Below, in pieces: positions 47,592 through 57,674 of a stretch of 64,000 bases of DNA (its first letter is position 1; each line of letters opens with the position of its first letter). The notes beneath the pieces are model-generated. The model saw only the letters and a program-made list of their open reading frames with translations, ran no database searches and had not been told where the DNA came from. The stretch is taken from NCBI GenBank assembly GCA_965248575.1, contig CBDFJQ010000002.1, positions 288,001 through 352,000 on the forward strand, written 5' to 3'. This DNA is from Planctomycetota bacterium. Lineage in GTDB: Bacteria > Planctomycetota > B15-G4. A program made the position numbers and the translations under genes.

Positions 47592-50015
47592 CTAGCGCGA
47601 CGCGAACTGCAAGGCATCCGCCCAGCGTAATGCCTCAGAAGGGTCCTTCCTGCGCTCCGCTACGCGACGCAGGGCGTGCAGGGTCTGCCGCAGGGAACCG
47701 CTCTCGAACACGATGTCCGGCAGGTGGTTCAGCAGGTGTGCGACGAGCGCGTCCACGCGGGCCACGTTCAGGGTGGGAGCTTCCGACAGCGCGAGCAACT
47801 CCTCCACACGAGTTTGGTAACCGTGCTCTCCCTCGATCTGCGCGAACTCGTGCAGCGCCCGTTCGTAATCGTGTTGGGCGAGTGCTGACGAGCCCAGGCG
47901 CAGGTGCCTGTACTGATCGTTGTCCGCCAGGATGCGTTCGCAGGCTTCGTCTGCGCGGGCAAACTCTCCAAGGGCAGCGAAGATTTCGATCTCCCTCAAC
48001 TGGAGGCGGACGCGCGTCGCCTGGTCGTTCTTGCCGCGCTCTTGGCGTTCCTTGCCAAGGGCGATCAGCAGACGCGCGATGGGGATGCGTACGCTCTGTG
48101 CCCCGCCCAACCCCAGCTCGAGTTGATCCACACTGGGGTGCCACACGGCCCCTTGAACGGCCGAGGGGTTGAGGATGATCGCCTGCAGCAGAGCCTGCAG
48201 GGCAGCGTCAGCATCGGCTTGGCTTCCAAGCACCCTGGCCTGGTCCAAGAGGACGCGCCAGGAGTTGGGGCCGAGGCCGTCCTTGAGAACAGACTCCGCC
48301 AAGAGCCGGCCGATCTCGGGTGACCCGGGTTGGAGGCGAGAGAGCAGCAAGGCCTCCCGATGCATGAGCTGCGCGGAGTGGGGTTGAAGCGCGCGTGCCT
48401 CGGATAGGTGCATCAGCTGCGTGTCCAGGCCGTCGCTGATCGCGGCCTGTTGCGCCCGGGCGATCGCGACCTCCGGGTCGAAGGGTCGCAGCCGAGCGGC
48501 CAGCGCGAGCTGGCCGCTCGGGTCAGGGTGTTCTTCCGCTGCCGACTCCAGGACCCCCTCCACGAGCACCCGACCGGACCATCCAGCAGCAGCAACGCCG
48601 AGCAGGACCACGGCCACGACGGGAGTCAGGAGGCTGCGGCTACGGGAGATGGTGACGGTCTCATCATCGGCCAAGCCTGCAGCCTCTTTCATGCCCAGCG
48701 CGAGCAACACGAGGGAGGGGTAGGCGGTGCTGGTAGCGCCGCCCATGTCGATGGCGTTGCTGGCCCACACGGCGAGCAGGCTTGCGGAGGCCGCATCCGA
48801 CAGCAGGCTGGGCCGATGCTTGCGCGTTGCCGTGGCGACGAACAGGGCGGCGAGCCCGAGCAAGCCGGGCCAGCCGAAGCCAGTCCCCACAGCCAGGACG
48901 ACGTTGTGCAAGTGGTCGTCCTTGGGCAAGCCGTCGTAGCGCGACGGTCTCGCAAACTCTGCCTGGCGGTGGGACGCTCCCGGTCCGAAGCCCGCAAAGG
49001 GGGCCTCTGCGAAAGTCGAACGCCCCAGCTCCCACATGGAAGAACGGAAGCTGACGGCCTTGGTTGACATGTCGGTGGACGCGTCGACGATGCGGGACTG
49101 GCTGACCCCAGTCACCGGGAACAGCAAGGCGAACGCGATACCTCCCACTGCGAGCGGATGCACCCACCGCGCGGAGCTCCAGGGCAGGCGCCGGAGCACC
49201 AGGAGCCCGGCGCCGAGGACTGCCGCAGCCACTCCGGTGCGGGATTGAACGGCCGCGAGGGCGAGCAGCAGCAGCAGGGCGCAGGCGCGCGCCCAGCGGC
49301 GGCGGATCTCGTGCACGTCCCAGGCCAGGCCGCACGACATGAGGAGACCACACACGAGGAAGGGTGCCCCCAGATTGGGGTGCATGCCCATGAGGCGTAG
49401 GCGCGTGGCGAAGAGCGCAGGTAGCGGCAGCTGCAGGGCGTCGGCCAAGGTGCCATAGGTCACGAGAGCCGCCCCGGCCAGGACCGCCATGCCGACGATG
49501 AACACCAGCACGGCGCGACGCAGGTGCCGCCCAGGAAACAGCCCGGGCAGCACGCTGGCCAGGATCGCGACGGGCAGGAAATCGGTCAGCCAGTTGAGGG
49601 CACCTTGATGGAAGGGTGCGACGAGCACAGCCGGAGCGGTGCAGAACAGGATGATCGTTACGCTGACGCCCGTGAGCCCAAAGCGCACGAAGGGACCGGC
49701 CACCAGCAGGGTCACGGCCGCCAGGGCGAGGGGCAGCTCCGGCGCCGCACCGACAGCTCGTCCGCCGAACAAGGAGACGGCCAGCAGCAGCAGGCTGAGC
49801 CTGCGGGCGCACGTCAGGCGCTCCCGCGCTCCACCAATGAGGAAGAGCGAGAGCACCCCGAGCGTGGCCCAGACCAATGCGAGCTGGGGTGGGCGTCCAA
49901 AGCTGGAAAGACCCGATCCGCTCTGCGAGCGCGCGGTGGCATCAAAGAAGAAGACACCAGCGACGACGACGGCGAGGAGGCGGCACGCCGGGTTCAGGCC
50001 CGGTGTCCTGCTCAC
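47592..50015 (-). CDS. O-antigen ligase (Wzy_C) family membrane protein with TPR-like C-terminus
   Basis: HPN, SRTG, R..MW......AP..GFG.G and H.HN..L...G..G motifs. Confidence 0.82.
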   Translation of the reverse strand: MSRTPGLNPACRLLAVVVAGVFFFDATARSQSGSGLSSFGRPPQLALVWATLGVLSLFLIGGARERLTCARRLSLLLLAVSLFGGRAVGAAPELPLALAAVTLLVAGPFVRFGLTGVSVTIILFCTAPAVLVAPFHQGALNWLTDFLPVAILASVLPGLFPGRHLRRAVLVFIVGMAVLAGAALVTYGTLADALQLPLPALFATRLRLMGMHPNLGAPFLVCGLLMSCGLAWDVHEIRRRWARACALLLLLALAAVQSRTGVAAAVLGAGLLVLRRLPWSSARWVHPLAVGGIAFALLFPVTGVSQSRIVDASTDMSTKAVSFRSSMWELGRSTFAEAPFAGFGPGASHRQAEFARPSRYDGLPKDDHLHNVVLAVGTGFGWPGLLGLAALFVATATRKHRPSLLSDAASASLLAVWASNAIDMGGATSTAYPSLVLLALGMKEAAGLADDETVTISRSRSLLTPVVAVVLLGVAAAGWSGRVLVEGVLESAAEEHPDPSGQLALAARLRPFDPEVAIARAQQAAISDGLDTQLMHLSEARALQPHSAQLMHREALLLSRLQPGSPEIGRLLAESVLKDGLGPNSWRVLLDQARVLGSQADADAALQALLQAIILNPSAVQGAVWHPSVDQLELGLGGAQSVRIPIARLLIALGKERQERGKNDQATRVRLQLREIEIFAALGEFARADEACERILADNDQYRHLRLGSSALAQHDYERALHEFAQIEGEHGYQTRVEELLALSEAPTLNVARVDALVAHLLNHLPDIVFESGSLRQTLHALRRVAERRKDPSEALRWADALQFASR

Positions 50016-50764
50016 GGACGCGCCGAGTCGTCTTCGTCAGAGGACTGGGCTTCGAACAGGACGATGTCGCTGGGCTGGAGTGGGACGCCAAATTCGAAGT
50101 CAGGCCGCTGGGGCTTGATGTCCCGTTCGAAGTAGTCGATCTGGTCGGGCAGGACGCGGACGAGTTCAAGCAAACCGATGTAGCCCATGCCTGCGTCTTC
50201 AGCGTCGGCGCCCGGCACATTGGCGGTGATACCGGCCAGCATCCCGGCAATTTGCCAGCGGCGGTTGCGGAGGACGTAGAGCCCCGAGCCCGCCTGGTCG
50301 CGTGAGAAGGTTGCAGGATCGTCGACGCCCGGAACCGTGATGTAGTCACCGTAGGCCCCCTTGCGCCAGCGCCCTACGGGCTCCATGAAGGGCTTGTCGT
50401 CGACGTCTCTGCGCGCGAGGTAGATCGTTTCGTTGGCGGCGGGTGGGGAGGTGGCCAGGCGGCCCTCGAGCAGGCGCGAGGTGATGGGGTGGATCACCGC
50501 GAGGTCGTCGTTGAGGTGATCGATCTTGCCGAGGTCCACGACACCCGAGTTGCCCACGGGGAACTGGATGTTGAAGAGGTCCCCAACAGCGAAGTGACCT
50601 GCCGTGAGCACGATGACGCCTTCTTCCGTCGACAAGCCCAGGAAGGGCTCCTGACTCCGACCTACGGGCCACAAGCGGGTTACGTGTGAGGGGATCGGCG
50701 CTGCGCAGCCCACGAACACCAGTGCGAACACGACAAGCTGGGCAAGCGGCAAGGTGCGAAACAT
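50012..50764 (-). CDS. hypothetical lipoprotein
   Basis: FVGC lipobox; stop overlaps the start of the next gene. Confidence 0.7.
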   Translation of the reverse strand: MFRTLPLAQLVVFALVFVGCAAPIPSHVTRLWPVGRSQEPFLGLSTEEGVIVLTAGHFAVGDLFNIQFPVGNSGVVDLGKIDHLNDDLAVIHPITSRLLEGRLATSPPAANETIYLARRDVDDKPFMEPVGRWRKGAYGDYITVPGVDDPATFSRDQAGSGLYVLRNRRWQIAGMLAGITANVPGADAEDAGMGYIGLLELVRVLPDQIDYFERDIKPQRPDFEFGVPLQPSDIVLFEAQSSDEDDSARP

Positions 50765-50884
50765 CGAACAGGTTCTCGGCAGAGTCTCGGGCGGTGCGGG
50801 CTGACGCGCGTCACGCCGAAGGTAGCTCGCTCCAGGGCTCCCTACAAGCGCGGCTCGCGGCCCGCTGGCGCGGTTCGCAGCCCT

Positions 50885-52837
50885 CTAGTCGTCCTCGGCT
50901 TCCAGGGCCTTCAAGGCTTCGTCAAAATCGGGGACTTCTGAAACGGGAACCCATTCCTTGTCCCACTTCTCGGTGGGGTCGGTGAGTTCGCCGCTCTCAG
51001 GATCCACGTAGCGGAAGGTCTGGAAGATCCAATCCCCTGCCTGAACCACGCCTGCCTCGATGAGTTCCTCGACATCTGAAGTCGAGAGGTCCGTCAGCTG
51101 CTCGGGCTCCTCTTCGCCCTCGACGAAGGTCGGCTGGACAATCCACACCCGCTCGTCGAGTTCCTTCAGCCGCTCGGCCTCTTCGGCGGCCCGATGCTTG
51201 CGAGCCCTGGCCGGTTCGATTTCAGCCACCAGCAGGTCGACGGCGGCTTTGGCGATGAGATTGCGGGGGGCGAGGGCCCCAGCGGTCTCTGCCATGGACA
51301 GCGCCTGGTCGAGGTCCTGGATCTCGCTGTCCGCCAGCAGGATGCGCCCACTCTCGATGTAGTTGGCCGGCTCGATGGGGTCCAGCTCGATGGCGCGCTG
51401 GATCATGTCCCAGGCCCGCTCGAGGTCGGGCTCGCGCACACGAAGACCGGGCATGCCGCCCTCGCGCAGCATTTGGGCGTATTCGCGGAAGCAAGCCGGG
51501 ATGGTGACATCCAGCTGCACCGCCTTCTCGTAGTACTCGAGGGAGTTCTCGATGCCCTCCTCGGTGACGGTACCGAAGCCGCGCGCCAAGCGGGCGGCTC
51601 GATAGTAGGCGGGGCCCGTGAGATCGCCGTAGGCCTGGGCAGTGAATTCGTGCCACTCCGCCTCCAGGTCTTCGAGGGATGTGCCCAGGGTGTCCTCAAG
51701 GGATTCGAGCACACTGTCGAGGTCGGGCTCCGTCAGCACGATGGAGTACTCCTTGCCAGCGATGAGCGTTGCACCTGACCTGTTGCGGACCTCGATGTCC
51801 TTGTTCTCCGGGAGCTTCGCGAAGAACTTGCGGAAGGAGCTGGAGTACTTCTTTGTCTCCATGAGGAAGTGCACGAAGGACCAACCGTAGGCGTAGTGGC
51901 GGCCTCCGTAGCCTGACTGCTCGATGGTCAGCACTTCGCTCAGCGGGATGACATTGCCCTTCTCTCTGTCGGTTCGCAGCGTCGCGATGCGACCGTACTG
52001 CAGGCCGCCCACGATGAACTCGCCGTCTTCCCCGATCTTCGCGCTGCCGTAGTACTCCGCCATGCCCTCGTTCATCCAGGTGGGGTAGCGGAAGTTGGGG
52101 TCGATGAGGTGCGTGAGGAGATGGTTGCCCTCGTGATAGAGGACTGAAATCGTGTACTCCGGTTCCGTGCTGCTGTGGAACAGGTGCAGCTCGCCCAGCA
52201 CCCAGTTGAAGAAACCCAGCACGCCGGGGCGCGAGTCCGTGATGGACAGGAAGTCGTCGTAGTTCCGATAGAGGAAGAACTTGCGCTTCTCCTTCTTCAT
52301 GCTCGGCTTGAGTTTGATGGACCAGTGATCCATGAAGTTCTTGTAGTAGCCCTCGAGTCGCGTGGAGTACTCGTCGAGGATTTCCTCAGGACAGTTGGAC
52401 TTGATCTCGAAGTGCGCTGTTTCGAGTTCCTTTGCGTAGTGCCACTTTTGTTCCCGACGCAGCTTGTCGATGGCGTCCTTGTCCGCCTTCTTGCGCTTGT
52501 TGAGTTCTGACTCGCGGCGCGTCCGGCTCATCCAACGACCCTCGAACAACACCCAACCCTTCTTCAGGTATTGCTCCTCCTTGGAGTTCTTGGGAACGTA
52601 GTTCTCAAGGTCCTCCTCGAAGGTCTTGTCGATGAGGTCTTGATGGATCGGGATGTCCACTCCCGCCAAGCGGATCAGCACGTAGCTGGCGTCTTCCGAT
52701 TCCAGCAATTGGCCCTCGATCAGGCGCCCGTCTTTGAGCAGGACCTTGTCGAAGGCGGCGTGGGCGGGGCTCGTGAGGAAGGCGATCGCCATCCAGGAGA
52801 CGCTCAACAGTGCCAGTATGCGTTGGGGCCGGGTCAT
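50885..52837 (-). CDS. exported DUF1570-like gluzincin peptidase with TPR region
   Basis: Signal peptide; D.V.LKDG..IEG; HEGNH...PTWMNEGMAEY; YAYGWSFVHFL; AIELDP. Confidence 0.82.
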   Translation of the reverse strand: MTRPQRILALLSVSWMAIAFLTSPAHAAFDKVLLKDGRLIEGQLLESEDASYVLIRLAGVDIPIHQDLIDKTFEEDLENYVPKNSKEEQYLKKGWVLFEGRWMSRTRRESELNKRKKADKDAIDKLRREQKWHYAKELETAHFEIKSNCPEEILDEYSTRLEGYYKNFMDHWSIKLKPSMKKEKRKFFLYRNYDDFLSITDSRPGVLGFFNWVLGELHLFHSSTEPEYTISVLYHEGNHLLTHLIDPNFRYPTWMNEGMAEYYGSAKIGEDGEFIVGGLQYGRIATLRTDREKGNVIPLSEVLTIEQSGYGGRHYAYGWSFVHFLMETKKYSSSFRKFFAKLPENKDIEVRNRSGATLIAGKEYSIVLTEPDLDSVLESLEDTLGTSLEDLEAEWHEFTAQAYGDLTGPAYYRAARLARGFGTVTEEGIENSLEYYEKAVQLDVTIPACFREYAQMLREGGMPGLRVREPDLERAWDMIQRAIELDPIEPANYIESGRILLADSEIQDLDQALSMAETAGALAPRNLIAKAAVDLLVAEIEPARARKHRAAEEAERLKELDERVWIVQPTFVEGEEEPEQLTDLSTSDVEELIEAGVVQAGDWIFQTFRYVDPESGELTDPTEKWDKEWVPVSEVPDFDEALKALEAEDD

Positions 52838-53208
52838 GTTCGCGATGCTCCTCGTCAGGCCAACGGGGGACGGGTGTTCGGGCTGGGCAGCAGGTTGGGG
52901 ACTCTTTTCCTAGCTCTGATCCAGCGAGGATTTCGAGCGTCCTGACGTGATTTGGCCGTCCCCACCGTGCGGGCCCTTTCAGAATCGGGACGCCATGGTA
53001 CCGCACTGCGCGCAGCAATCACGAGCGGGCTCAGCTGCCTGGCATCGCCCACAAGACGGGCCCGCAGAGGCAGCGTTTGTTCACATCTTGGACACCACGC
53101 TGGCCTCCAGATGCAGTTAGGATGACAGGACACGGGGGTGGATGGTCCGCCATCGATCGATCGATCGAATCCGTGTGTTGTCTACGTTGACCTGCAGGAG
53201 GCCGAGGC

Positions 53209-54189
53209 ATGATGTCACTCGTTCTCGCCAGCTGCCTGAGCGTCGCCGCGATGATTCCCATGGTTCCGGGCGACAACGTCGTCCCCGCCGAGGGAGATCC
53301 CGCGCCGAATTTCGAAGGGAAATGGATGTCCTACAAGGACTCCTCCCTCTCGGAGCTTGAAGGCCGTCTGGTGTTCATTGAATTCTGGCGAACTTGGTGA
53401 GGCCCTTGTAAGTCACAGGTCCCGCATCTGAACGAACTCTGGGAAGAGTATCGAGATGAAGGGCTTGTGGTCGTTGGCGTGACCAACGAATCGAAGAGCT
53501 TGGTCGAGAAAGCGGTCAGCAAGAATCGGATGAAGTTTCCGGTCGCCATGGTCAAGACGCCCGAGGAGTCCGCGTACGGAATCCGCGGTTTCCCTTCGTC
53601 CTATCTGCTGGATGTCGACGGCACCATTCTCTGGAAGGGCCACCCGGGTGCTTTCGAGTCGTCCTATGGCCGGGCGCAACTCGAGCAGGACCTGAAGCGC
53701 ACCTCGGTTGTGCCTCCCGCACCAGAGGGTCGAGAGAAGGCTCTGTCCAAGTATGTGGACAAAGGCGACTTCGGTCGGGCCTACCAGGCCGCGACAGGCG
53801 TGCTTTCCAAGGAGCCTGAAGACGAACCGCTGAAGATGTTCGTGAAGTCCATCGAGGACATTGTCGAGGCTCGCAACCGAGAGGCCAAGCTGGCTGAAGA
53901 TGATGGGGCGTACGCGAAGGCGCTCGCGCTCTACACCGGCTTGTCCAATCAGTTTGCTGGTGTACCCGGTGCAGAAGAGGCCGGGACGTTTGCCAAGGAG
54001 CTCGCCTCCAACAAGGAGGCCAAGGACGATCTCGCGGCCGCGAAGAAGTGGGACTCGGCCATGGCCAGTTGGCGAAAAGGCGACTTCGACAAGGCGTTGA
54101 AGAGCGTGTCATCCATTGCTCGCAAGTATGAGGACACGGCAACGGGTGAGCGGGCCATGGACATGCTGTCTCGTCACGGCGATTCGTGA
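53209..54189 (+). CDS. exported TlpA/ResA-like thioredoxin-fold protein with in-frame UGA (probable selenocysteine, UxxC) and helical C-terminal domain
   Basis: ORFs 53209..53400 and 53467..54189 are in one frame; read-through gives IEFWRTW-(TGA)-GPCKSQVPHLNEL...YGIRGFPSSYLLD.DG; GGAGG RBS upstream. Confidence 0.88.
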
Positions 54190-54480
54190 TGGGACGGGCA
54201 GGCTTGCCCAGGTAGACAGGGACGCACCGCCACGGTGCGTTGCTCATGATGAGAGGGTCGGTGCGCGGATCGCGTGCACCGGCCCTCCGCCATTTTCGGG
54301 CCCGTTGCCCGGCCCGGCGGGGGAGACGGCGAGCCAGGCGGCACAGAAAAGTCGCACCTTGAAGCGCCTCTTCGTGCTTATGATGCCCGCGCTGGACCCC
54401 GAAAGCGTGGTGGGACACGCTTCAAGGGACGAACCACTCGACCAAACGGTGCGGACTGTCTGATTGAGGAGGATCGTGCT

Positions 54481-57400
54481 GTGGCAGCTTGGATGAAAGG
54501 GGCCCTGGCCCTTGTGGCCCTCGGGGCCGTCGTTGGATTGGCCCTGTTCCTCGGCTCGAGCGAGCCCGGGGACGATGTCTCAGATTCGGGTGTTGCCGCC
54601 GTCACGGAGGGCGGGTCCGGCGCCGGGGATCGAGCTGGAATGGAGCTCCCAGAAGGAGTCTCCTCCGAAGCGACGAGCTTGGCACCGAAAGCCGTCGAGG
54701 CTCTCGACGTCGCCGCAGGCTCACCGGAGGCTGACCCCAGCTCAGGGAATGCACAGCTTGCCAGTGCTGCGCCTCAGGTCACGCTGAAGGGGCGGGTCGT
54801 GGATGTGGGCGGGAGCGCCATCGCCAACGCACGTGTGGTCTTTCATGGTCAAAGTGTGATTCTGGGGCGTGGCCCGGGTCGCGGTTCCTCGGAGATCACC
54901 CTGGAAGCTCCTCCCGAAGTGCGCACGAACGCACAGGGCGGCTTCCAGCTCACGGTGGACGTGCCCAGCCAGGAAACCGACGAGAACCTGCCGAACTTCT
55001 TGCGCGGAGGGGCGCAGCTCGCGGCCGCGCACGAGGCCTTCACCACCCTGATCACCGAGACGCCCAACCTGATCGAGGGAGAGACGGACCTCGGCACCCT
55101 GGTCATGTCGGCTGGAACTCAGGTCGTCGGCCGGGTGGTCGATGAGGCTGGGCGGGCCGTGGCAGACGCTCGGGTGTCGGGCCGCCACGTGGATGACTCT
55201 TCACGCGGCGGTCGCGGCTTCATGCGCTTCTTCTCCAGTCGCGTCGTGTCGCAGTACAGCTCTTTCGTCACGGGCACGGACGGCCGCTTCCTGCTGACAG
55301 GTTTGCCGCCCGGGGCAGCGGAGCTCACGGCAGAAGCCGACGGACAGCAGATCGGCGTCCTGAGTGACCTGGAGCTCGTGCTGGGGAACACCCAGGACGT
55401 TGGCGACGTGCAGCTGCTGGCGGGGGAGATGATCGCCGGCTATGTGACGGACGGCTCAGGGGCGCCTGTTGAAGGTGCCCAGATCAACGTCAGCAGCATG
55501 GCACGCATCGTCTTGCGCAGCGCGGAGGACATGCCACGCCAGCAGATCGGGCAGGAGATGCGGCTGCGCGCCGAGACGGATGTTGACGGTTACTTCGAGA
55601 TGCGCGGTCTTGGCGAGGGCCAGTACACGGTGCATGTGAACGCCGACGGTTTCGCGCGCTCGTCCACGGAGAACATTCCGACCGGCACCCGGGACTTTTC
55701 GGTATCACTTTCTTCGCTCGGTGAACTCCTGGTGACGGTGAGGAGTTCCACCACCCGTGAAGCGATCCAGGGCGCGGTCCTCGATGCGACGGTGCGCAAC
55801 GATCGTCCGTTCGGATGGGGCGGCGATGCCATGGAGGTCCTGGAATCCGAGGATGTTCCTGGCGAATACACCGTCTTGGGGGCAGGCCCCACCGGGACGA
55901 GCCTCGTGGTGGGTGCCGAAGGCTTCGCCACCCTGGAAATCGACGCACCCGCCGTGGACGACGGAGGCCAGCAGCGCTTCTTCGTCGACCTTGTTCCGGA
56001 GTCCGTCATCGCCGGTCAGGTGGTTGGCGCTGACGGACGAGGCATCGCGGACGCACGTGTGCGCATCAGTGCATACACGCCTCCCGCTGTGGATCACGGC
56101 CATGGTCGGTTCCAGGTAGATCGCCAAGTTCGACGCCGGATCGGCGGTGGCGAGGAAACCAACCCCATGTTGGAGGCGACGCGCACCTCCACGGATGCAA
56201 CGGGAGCCTTCGAACTACGGGGTGTGCCCGCAGGGGATTGGGAACTCACGGCCAGCGCTCTGGATTTCGTCGCTTCACAGCCAGAGGTGCTCAGCGTCGA
56301 TATCGGCCAGGTGCAAGACGATGTGACCATCCAGCTGGAGGTCGGAGGTGCTGTCATTGGTCGCGTTGTGGACTCGGATGGCCTGCCTGTCAGCAAGGTG
56401 ACGGTCCTGGTGTCCGCCAAGCAGCCGGCTGGAGGCGGCGGTGCCGGAGATGTCGAGAGTCGCTTGGATGCCCTGCTGGGTTCGATGGAGGGTGACAGCC
56501 AGGAGCGGGCGACCACGGATGCTGACGGTGAGTTCGAAGTGCGCTCTCTCAACCCAGGCCTCTACGAGGTGCAGCTGAACAAGCAGCAAGGCATGCGCTT
56601 CGGAGGAGCGATGGTGTTCGTGGGCGACAGCGTCCAGGGAAGCGGCAACCCGGACGATGTCCATGTGACCGAAGTCCTCGCGGGAGAGGAGAGCTTCGTC
56701 GAGTTGGTCCAGAAGCCTCTTTCCACCTTGGAAGGCCGCGTGCTCGCAGGTGGCGAGCCTGTCGAGGTCGTGCTGGTGTCGCTCAACGAGGCGGATTCCT
56801 TCTTGCCCTTCGGTGGGCAGCAAGTGGAGACGGATCGCTTCGGGCGCTTCATCTTCGAGGACGTGGAACCCGGCAACTACAAGCTCTCCACAGTGGTCCC
56901 TGGGGCAGCCTTGCCCGAAACCCAGGAAGTGAGCCTGGAATCAGGGCAGACCGCCAACGCTGACCTCGTCTTCCAGGGCGCAACGCTGCGCGGGCGCGTC
57001 GTGGATTCCGAGTCGGGACAGGGGGCCGCGGACGTCACCATCACCGTGAGCCCGGTGGAGCAGGCCAGCGAGGCGCAGCCCCAGACCAACATGAGCTTCC
57101 AGGTCGTGATGGTCGAGAGCAGCGGCGGCGGCCGGGGTGGCGGGGGCATGTCCATGCAGATGGGTGGCGGCCCGCAGTCCAAGGTGCGCACCAACGCCAA
57201 TGGTGACTTCGAAGTGCGTTTCCTGAAGCCCGGCAGGTACGGCGTCGAGACACTCGGCGGTGCGTACGTCCAGGGTGAGGCAGGGCCGTTCGAGGTGGAG
57301 GAAGGGCGAACCCTGGATGACATCACCATCGAAGTGGACCGCGGTGCCAGCATCACCGGCATGGTGGTTTCCGGAGAGACGGGTCAGCCCTTGTCGGGTG

Positions 57401-57600
57401 CTCCTGTCGCGCTCCAGTCGGCGGGCTCCAACGAGATGACCATGGCCGAAGACGGCCGGTTCTCTTTCGAGGGCTTGGACGCAGGGGACTACACCATCGA
57501 GGTGATGGGCAGTGGCTTTGGCGGTCCGCCCGTTGCTTCCCAAGCCGTGACGCTGGAGGTGGGCGAGCTGCGTGAACTGGACCTCACCACGGACGGCTAG
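54481..57600 (+). CDS. membrane-anchored protein with multiple carboxypeptidase-regulatory-like (prealbumin-fold) repeats
   Basis: GAGGAGG before GTG 54481; N-terminal TM; repeated GRVVD..G....A.V...TD.DG.F....L..G.Y. Confidence 0.85.
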   Translation: MAAWMKGALALVALGAVVGLALFLGSSEPGDDVSDSGVAAVTEGGSGAGDRAGMELPEGVSSEATSLAPKAVEALDVAAGSPEADPSSGNAQLASAAPQVTLKGRVVDVGGSAIANARVVFHGQSVILGRGPGRGSSEITLEAPPEVRTNAQGGFQLTVDVPSQETDENLPNFLRGGAQLAAAHEAFTTLITETPNLIEGETDLGTLVMSAGTQVVGRVVDEAGRAVADARVSGRHVDDSSRGGRGFMRFFSSRVVSQYSSFVTGTDGRFLLTGLPPGAAELTAEADGQQIGVLSDLELVLGNTQDVGDVQLLAGEMIAGYVTDGSGAPVEGAQINVSSMARIVLRSAEDMPRQQIGQEMRLRAETDVDGYFEMRGLGEGQYTVHVNADGFARSSTENIPTGTRDFSVSLSSLGELLVTVRSSTTREAIQGAVLDATVRNDRPFGWGGDAMEVLESEDVPGEYTVLGAGPTGTSLVVGAEGFATLEIDAPAVDDGGQQRFFVDLVPESVIAGQVVGADGRGIADARVRISAYTPPAVDHGHGRFQVDRQVRRRIGGGEETNPMLEATRTSTDATGAFELRGVPAGDWELTASALDFVASQPEVLSVDIGQVQDDVTIQLEVGGAVIGRVVDSDGLPVSKVTVLVSAKQPAGGGGAGDVESRLDALLGSMEGDSQERATTDADGEFEVRSLNPGLYEVQLNKQQGMRFGGAMVFVGDSVQGSGNPDDVHVTEVLAGEESFVELVQKPLSTLEGRVLAGGEPVEVVLVSLNEADSFLPFGGQQVETDRFGRFIFEDVEPGNYKLSTVVPGAALPETQEVSLESGQTANADLVFQGATLRGRVVDSESGQGAADVTITVSPVEQASEAQPQTNMSFQVVMVESSGGGRGGGGMSMQMGGGPQSKVRTNANGDFEVRFLKPGRYGVETLGGAYVQGEAGPFEVEEGRTLDDITIEVDRGASITGMVVSGETGQPLSGAPVALQSAGSNEMTMAEDGRFSFEGLDAGDYTIEVMGSGFGGPPVASQAVTLEVGELRELDLTTDG

Positions 57601-57674
57601 GGTCAGCACCGGAGCTCTTGAGCCAGTCCCTGATGCCCCTTTCGATCGAGCATCAGGGGCTGGGTCGGCTCAAC

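Noticed and set aside
53209..53400. Separate 63-aa ORF, or a pseudogene call for the split thioredoxin
   Set aside because: The stop is TGA exactly at the catalytic Cys position and both halves are intact and in frame; recoding explains this better.
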